Below are positions 59,822 through 64,000 of a stretch of DNA of 64,000 nucleotides, piece after piece; position 1 is the first letter of the stretch; the number at the start of each line of letters is the position of its first letter. Made by a program: the position numbers and the translations under genes. Source of the stretch: Octopus vulgaris (Eukaryota). A model generated the notes under the pieces. It ran no database searches, had not been told where the DNA came from, and worked only from the letters and a program-made list of their open reading frames with translations. The DNA lies in NCBI GenBank assembly GCA_951406725.2, contig OX597818.1:64294001-64358000 (forward strand). Reading direction: 5' to 3'.

Positions 59822-59963
59822 ACACGCACGCACACACATACACACACACATACACACACAAAGACACACACAATATATATATATATTTGTCAAAAAAAAT
59901 TAGCATTCCAAAATATAACAATGCGTATATGCATAAACACACAGAGACACGCAAATATAGACG

Positions 59964-60006
<43 letters not shown>

Positions 60007-60844
60007 GCATGTCAATATGTATGTATTATGCATGTAAAGTAAAGTATTCTCGAATTGTAATTAACAACCAAGTGGATGAAAATGGCATTTAGCTAGACTA
60101 GTTATTTTCTCTGTCTAATATATATTCCTCCATGCTCTTTTTACATATATCAAAATGACATTACCTAGTTGTCTTATGAATTATGATTTATACCTAATTA
60201 TTTTAATATTCAGGTATAAACTGAATCTACGTGCTACTTTCGATATGTGAAAATCGAAATTTCAATTTCAAATTGTCATAATTCTAAATAATTTTAGTCT
60301 TAATCTTTCTTTTTCTCTTGTTCAAGTAATTGATTCTTCTAAAATGAATAGTTTTAAAATTGTATTATTTTATGGGCCTCGCAATGTGAGCCTTTTTATT
60401 TTCGGCACGTAAAATGTTGATTGAGTGAACGAAACCCAATAAATCTTTCTCAGAAATAATTAAGACTCATGACTGCCATAGTATTTAATATCCTCTTGAA
60501 CCTCAATATAAGATTTTCAATGAAAGTTGAATCACGAATTATAGAAGCAATAAATATGAAAACAGATTATCAACTGACTAAAGAACCTCTTAAGCGAAGA
60601 TCCTCGGATTTCATTGCAGATTTTGGAAGCATAATGACAAAATTGCACGAAACAAGAGGTTATATAAGCTGCCGATTTCGAAGTCAAAGTGACTTTATTC
60701 AGATGAAGATAGCAAAACTGAAATTTGGCAATAGATCAATGAACAATAAATTTATAGGAATTATATGCAAGCACATGCAAACATCAAGATTCATATACAC
60801 ACATGTATGCTTTGTTTTTTTTTAAATCTAGGCAGAAGGCCTGA

Positions 60845-61278
60845 CATTAGTTCGAACCCCAGTACGCAACTGGTACTTAATTTAACAACCTCGAAGAAAT
60901 GAAAGGCAACTTCGACCTCGACCGAATTTGAACTCATTAAGTTAAGACAGACGAAATACCGCTAAGCATTTCGCCCGGTATGCGAACGCGTCTTATTTCT
61001 TTACTACCCACAAGGGGTTAAACATAGAGGGAACAAACAAGGACAGACAAAGGGATTAAGTCGATTATATCGACCCCAGTGCGTAACTGTTACTTAATTT
61101 ATCGACCCTGAACAGATGAAAGGCAAAGTCGACTTCGGTGGAATTTGAACTCAAATCCTAACGGCAGCCGAAATACCGCTAAGCATTTCGCCCGGTGTGC
61201 TAACGTTTCTTATTTCTTTATTGCCCACAAGGGGCTACATTTCACCCGGCGTACTATCGTTTCTGCCATCTCACCGCC
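60845..61278 (-). mobile_element. Cluster of nested or tandem family C SINE pieces
   Basis: Repeated ccccagt..gcaactg..acttaattta..gaaaggcaa..tcgac..gaatttgaactc..gaaataccgctaagcatttcgcccgg. Confidence 0.75.
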
Positions 61279-61605
61279 TCACACACGTATATATTTGTGT
61301 TTGCTTATTTGTGTGCATGTGTGTGCAAGCATGCGTATGCGTATGCGTGCGCACGTATACTTACCGCATATTTGTGACATTTAGCTTAAATGTATGCTCT
61401 CGTATTATTCATATGTGGAATAAATATGGCCGAGTTTCAAATATATAATTTGAAACGTAAACATTGCATATTTAACAAAAGCACGGACAATTGTGACGTT
61501 GCAGCACTAAAATTGTTTTTATTACACTTATATTTACGCTATAATTTACATTCTACTTCTATATGACTCCCGACAACTGTAAAATCTGTTTTTATTCTTT
61601 ACCTT

Positions 61606-62040
61606 CATCATCATCATCATTATCAGCATTGTCATTTAACGTCCGCCCTCCATGCTAGCATGGGTTTGACGGTTTGACAGAGGACTGACAAATCAGGATG
61701 CTGCACAAGGCTCTAGTCTGAGCTGGAAGGTTTCTATAGCTGGTGGTCCTTGCTAACGCAAACCACTCCGAGAGTGTAGTGGGTTCTATTTACACGCCAC
61801 CGCTACGGGTGCCAGTCAGGCGGCACTGGCATCAACCACGCTCGAATAGTGCTTTTTTACGTGCCACCGTCTCGGGTGCCGGTCAGGCAATGCTGGTATC
61901 CACCGGCTCTGGCATTGGCCCGCTCGAATAGTGCTTTTCACGTACTACCGGCATGGGTGCCGTTCAGGTGGCACTGGCATCGGTCACAATTACGATTTCA
62001 TTTGAATCAACAGGCCTTCTCAAGCACTGCATAATACCCG
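61606..62040 (-). mobile_element. GC-rich retroposon fragment with (GAT)n tail and three diverged internal repeats of about 67-80 bp
   Basis: (CAT)n at 61606-61620; repeated ac..gggtgcc..tcagg..ctgg.atc and cgctcgaatagtgctttt at 61790-61985. Confidence 0.5.
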
Positions 62041-62334
62041 GCGGTTGAAGTACAGTTTGTAATTAATTTCTTTTCTTTATTCCTCTCTTCTTGTTTTCGA
62101 TTTCACCTTAGAAATACTTTCCCAAGTTTCAAGTCACTTTAAGTAAAACCTTTCGGTTTAATAACACTGTGTACAAACTCTATACTTGGAATGACCAATT
62201 TTAAATACTATTGGAACTTATTCACAAGGTATTAGAATCTTATATGTACACCATTCTGCCTAAATAATAGATCTGCAGATGTAATATCCCTGCATATATC
62301 ACTTCTATTTTCATTCTTCCACTTTAATCACACA

Positions 62335-62382
62335 GTCTCCGATGAAGGGATATATAAAATATCCCGGAAACTGCTGTAAAAC
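62335..62382 (+). ncRNA. Degenerate or variant minimal hammerhead motif (CCGAUGA core)
   Basis: GUCU-CCGAUGA-A-GGGAUAU..AUAUCCC-G-GAAA-CUGCUG-UA-AAAC; the homologous inverted copy at 46331-46416 has CAACUG-UA-AGAC, which restores stem I. Confidence 0.55.
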
Positions 62383-62621
62383 CTACTATTTATAAAGGTT
62401 CTAAAATCTTTCACAGCCTTGGATTTTTATCTCATTGTGAAATTTGTTTTTTATATATATATACATGCTGATATATGGCCTTAGTTGGACTCCTCATTCG
62501 CATAATCACCAAACCTCGAGCTTAACTATAGTCTGTCCATAGCACTAATTCAGCATTAACTGACAGCTTTGGGTCTTATTGACACCATTACATCTCATAA
62601 CCCTATATATATATATATATA

Positions 62622-62997
62622 CTAGCAGTATCGCCCGGCGTTGCTCATGTTTGTAAGGGAAATAACTATATAAGCATTTTTAGAGAGTTATAGCCAAAAA
62701 ATAGCAATAAAAGGCATTAACAATGGAAAAAAAAATATGGTAATTTTTTTTTTAAATCGTTGACTCATCGTAGACATTTTTAGAGAGCTACTTCACTTAT
62801 ATAATAGCGAAAAATGATGGTAATTTTTTTTTAAATCGTAGACTCATCGTAGACGCGCGCTAATACCCAGAAAGGCTTGATATGAATCACGACTATAAGA
62901 TACCCGGTTTTGGTTAAACTGCACCGCAAAATGTGGGAGTAGTTAGGAATCTAAATCGTAGGAGACAAACACACAACTTCACTTTTATATATAAAGA
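62622..62997 (-). mobile_element. Non-autonomous Helitron (same subfamily as 35687)
   Basis: Minus strand starts A|TCtttatatataaaag and ends with a hairpin plus CTAG|T; internal duplication of about 45 bp. Confidence 0.82.
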
Positions 62998-63951
62998 TAT
63001 GAAATTATACACCCAAATACAGGAGCACTAGCACACGCAGACACACACAGAAACATACATATATCTTACCAAAATACTTGCTATAGTATTAATTAAATTA
63101 ATTAAACTAGTTTCCTACACTGGATGAATAATATAGACCTGATTGAAGTTAGAGTAATGAATTTTTAGGAAGAACTTCTTTCCTAACCTAATGCGATGCC
63201 GTATGTTTGCTGGAGACGTTTATCAAAACAAAAGAACTGAAAAGTGTAGCCTGGTCTACATATATCAGCCTCGAAGGAGGAACAACAGGACGTCGTTTTA
63301 CTAATTTCTTTCGATAAGAAAACGATTAACTGAAACTTGACTTCCATTTTATTTTTTATGTTCCAAACATTTTCTTAATTAAATTCCATCGATTTATAAA
63401 TCACAATCTGTAAAAACATAATGTCAAACAAACAGAAATAAACCATAAATAACTACTCTAAATTCAATCGTTGTTTAACATTAATTTTTATAAGTAGAGC
63501 TAAAAACAAATACGATAACACACAACAAACTCGGTAGGGAAAATGGCACAACATTCAACTTTAAATATATGACCCATGTTTATTTGTTTACAAAATATCT
63601 CTAGTGAAAACAAAAACATTGTTGATTCATTTGTAAGTATGTAGTAATATAATGATTAAATACCTAAGTTCATAGCCGTTGAGTAATTTTGATTTTCGTT
63701 TGCTTTCGCACGTATATAGAAAAACAACTGGAAATAATTCTTCTTGGAAAACTGAGATGGTTGTAATCAAACTTCTTCAATATACATGTATATACATGTA
63801 TATACATGTATATACATGTATAAATTTATGCGTTTCTGTGTGTGTGCGTGTCTCCGTGAGCATGTGCGATTCTGTGTGCGGAGATGTAGATAGTTAGATA
63901 GATGGATGGACAGATACATATATAGGTAGACAGAGAGAGAGAGACAGACAG

Positions 63952-64000
<49 letters not shown>

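Noticed and set aside
61790-61985. CRISPR-like array
   Set aside because: Eukaryotic context, diverged whole-unit repeats, no spacers or cas genes.

Overview
AT-rich, microsatellite-saturated eukaryotic DNA with no host protein-coding gene that I can support. Most ORFs in the track are translations of (TA)n, (CA)n and (AAT)n repeats. The SINE families and repeat landscape suggest a cephalopod (Octopus-like) genome, which is an inference. The window is a mosaic of mobile elements: a 5'-truncated R4/Dong-clade LINE (RT, CCHC finger, restriction-like endonuclease) inserted in (TAA)n plus a second short copy; fragments of three Penelope-like elements (PLEs); RTE and CR1-like LINE fragments; mariner/Tc1 remnants and MITEs; a CMC/EnSpm-like TIR element; non-autonomous Helitrons; and three SINE families. 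The most notable hidden layer is a set of short non-coding elements carrying PLE-type minimal hammerhead ribozyme (HHR) motifs. They are repeatedly arranged as fold-back inverted repeats of identical polarity next to microsatellites, and one motif has a compensatory G3-C8 core swap (GUGAACA). All ribozyme calls are by-eye motif and pairing analysis; none has been tested.
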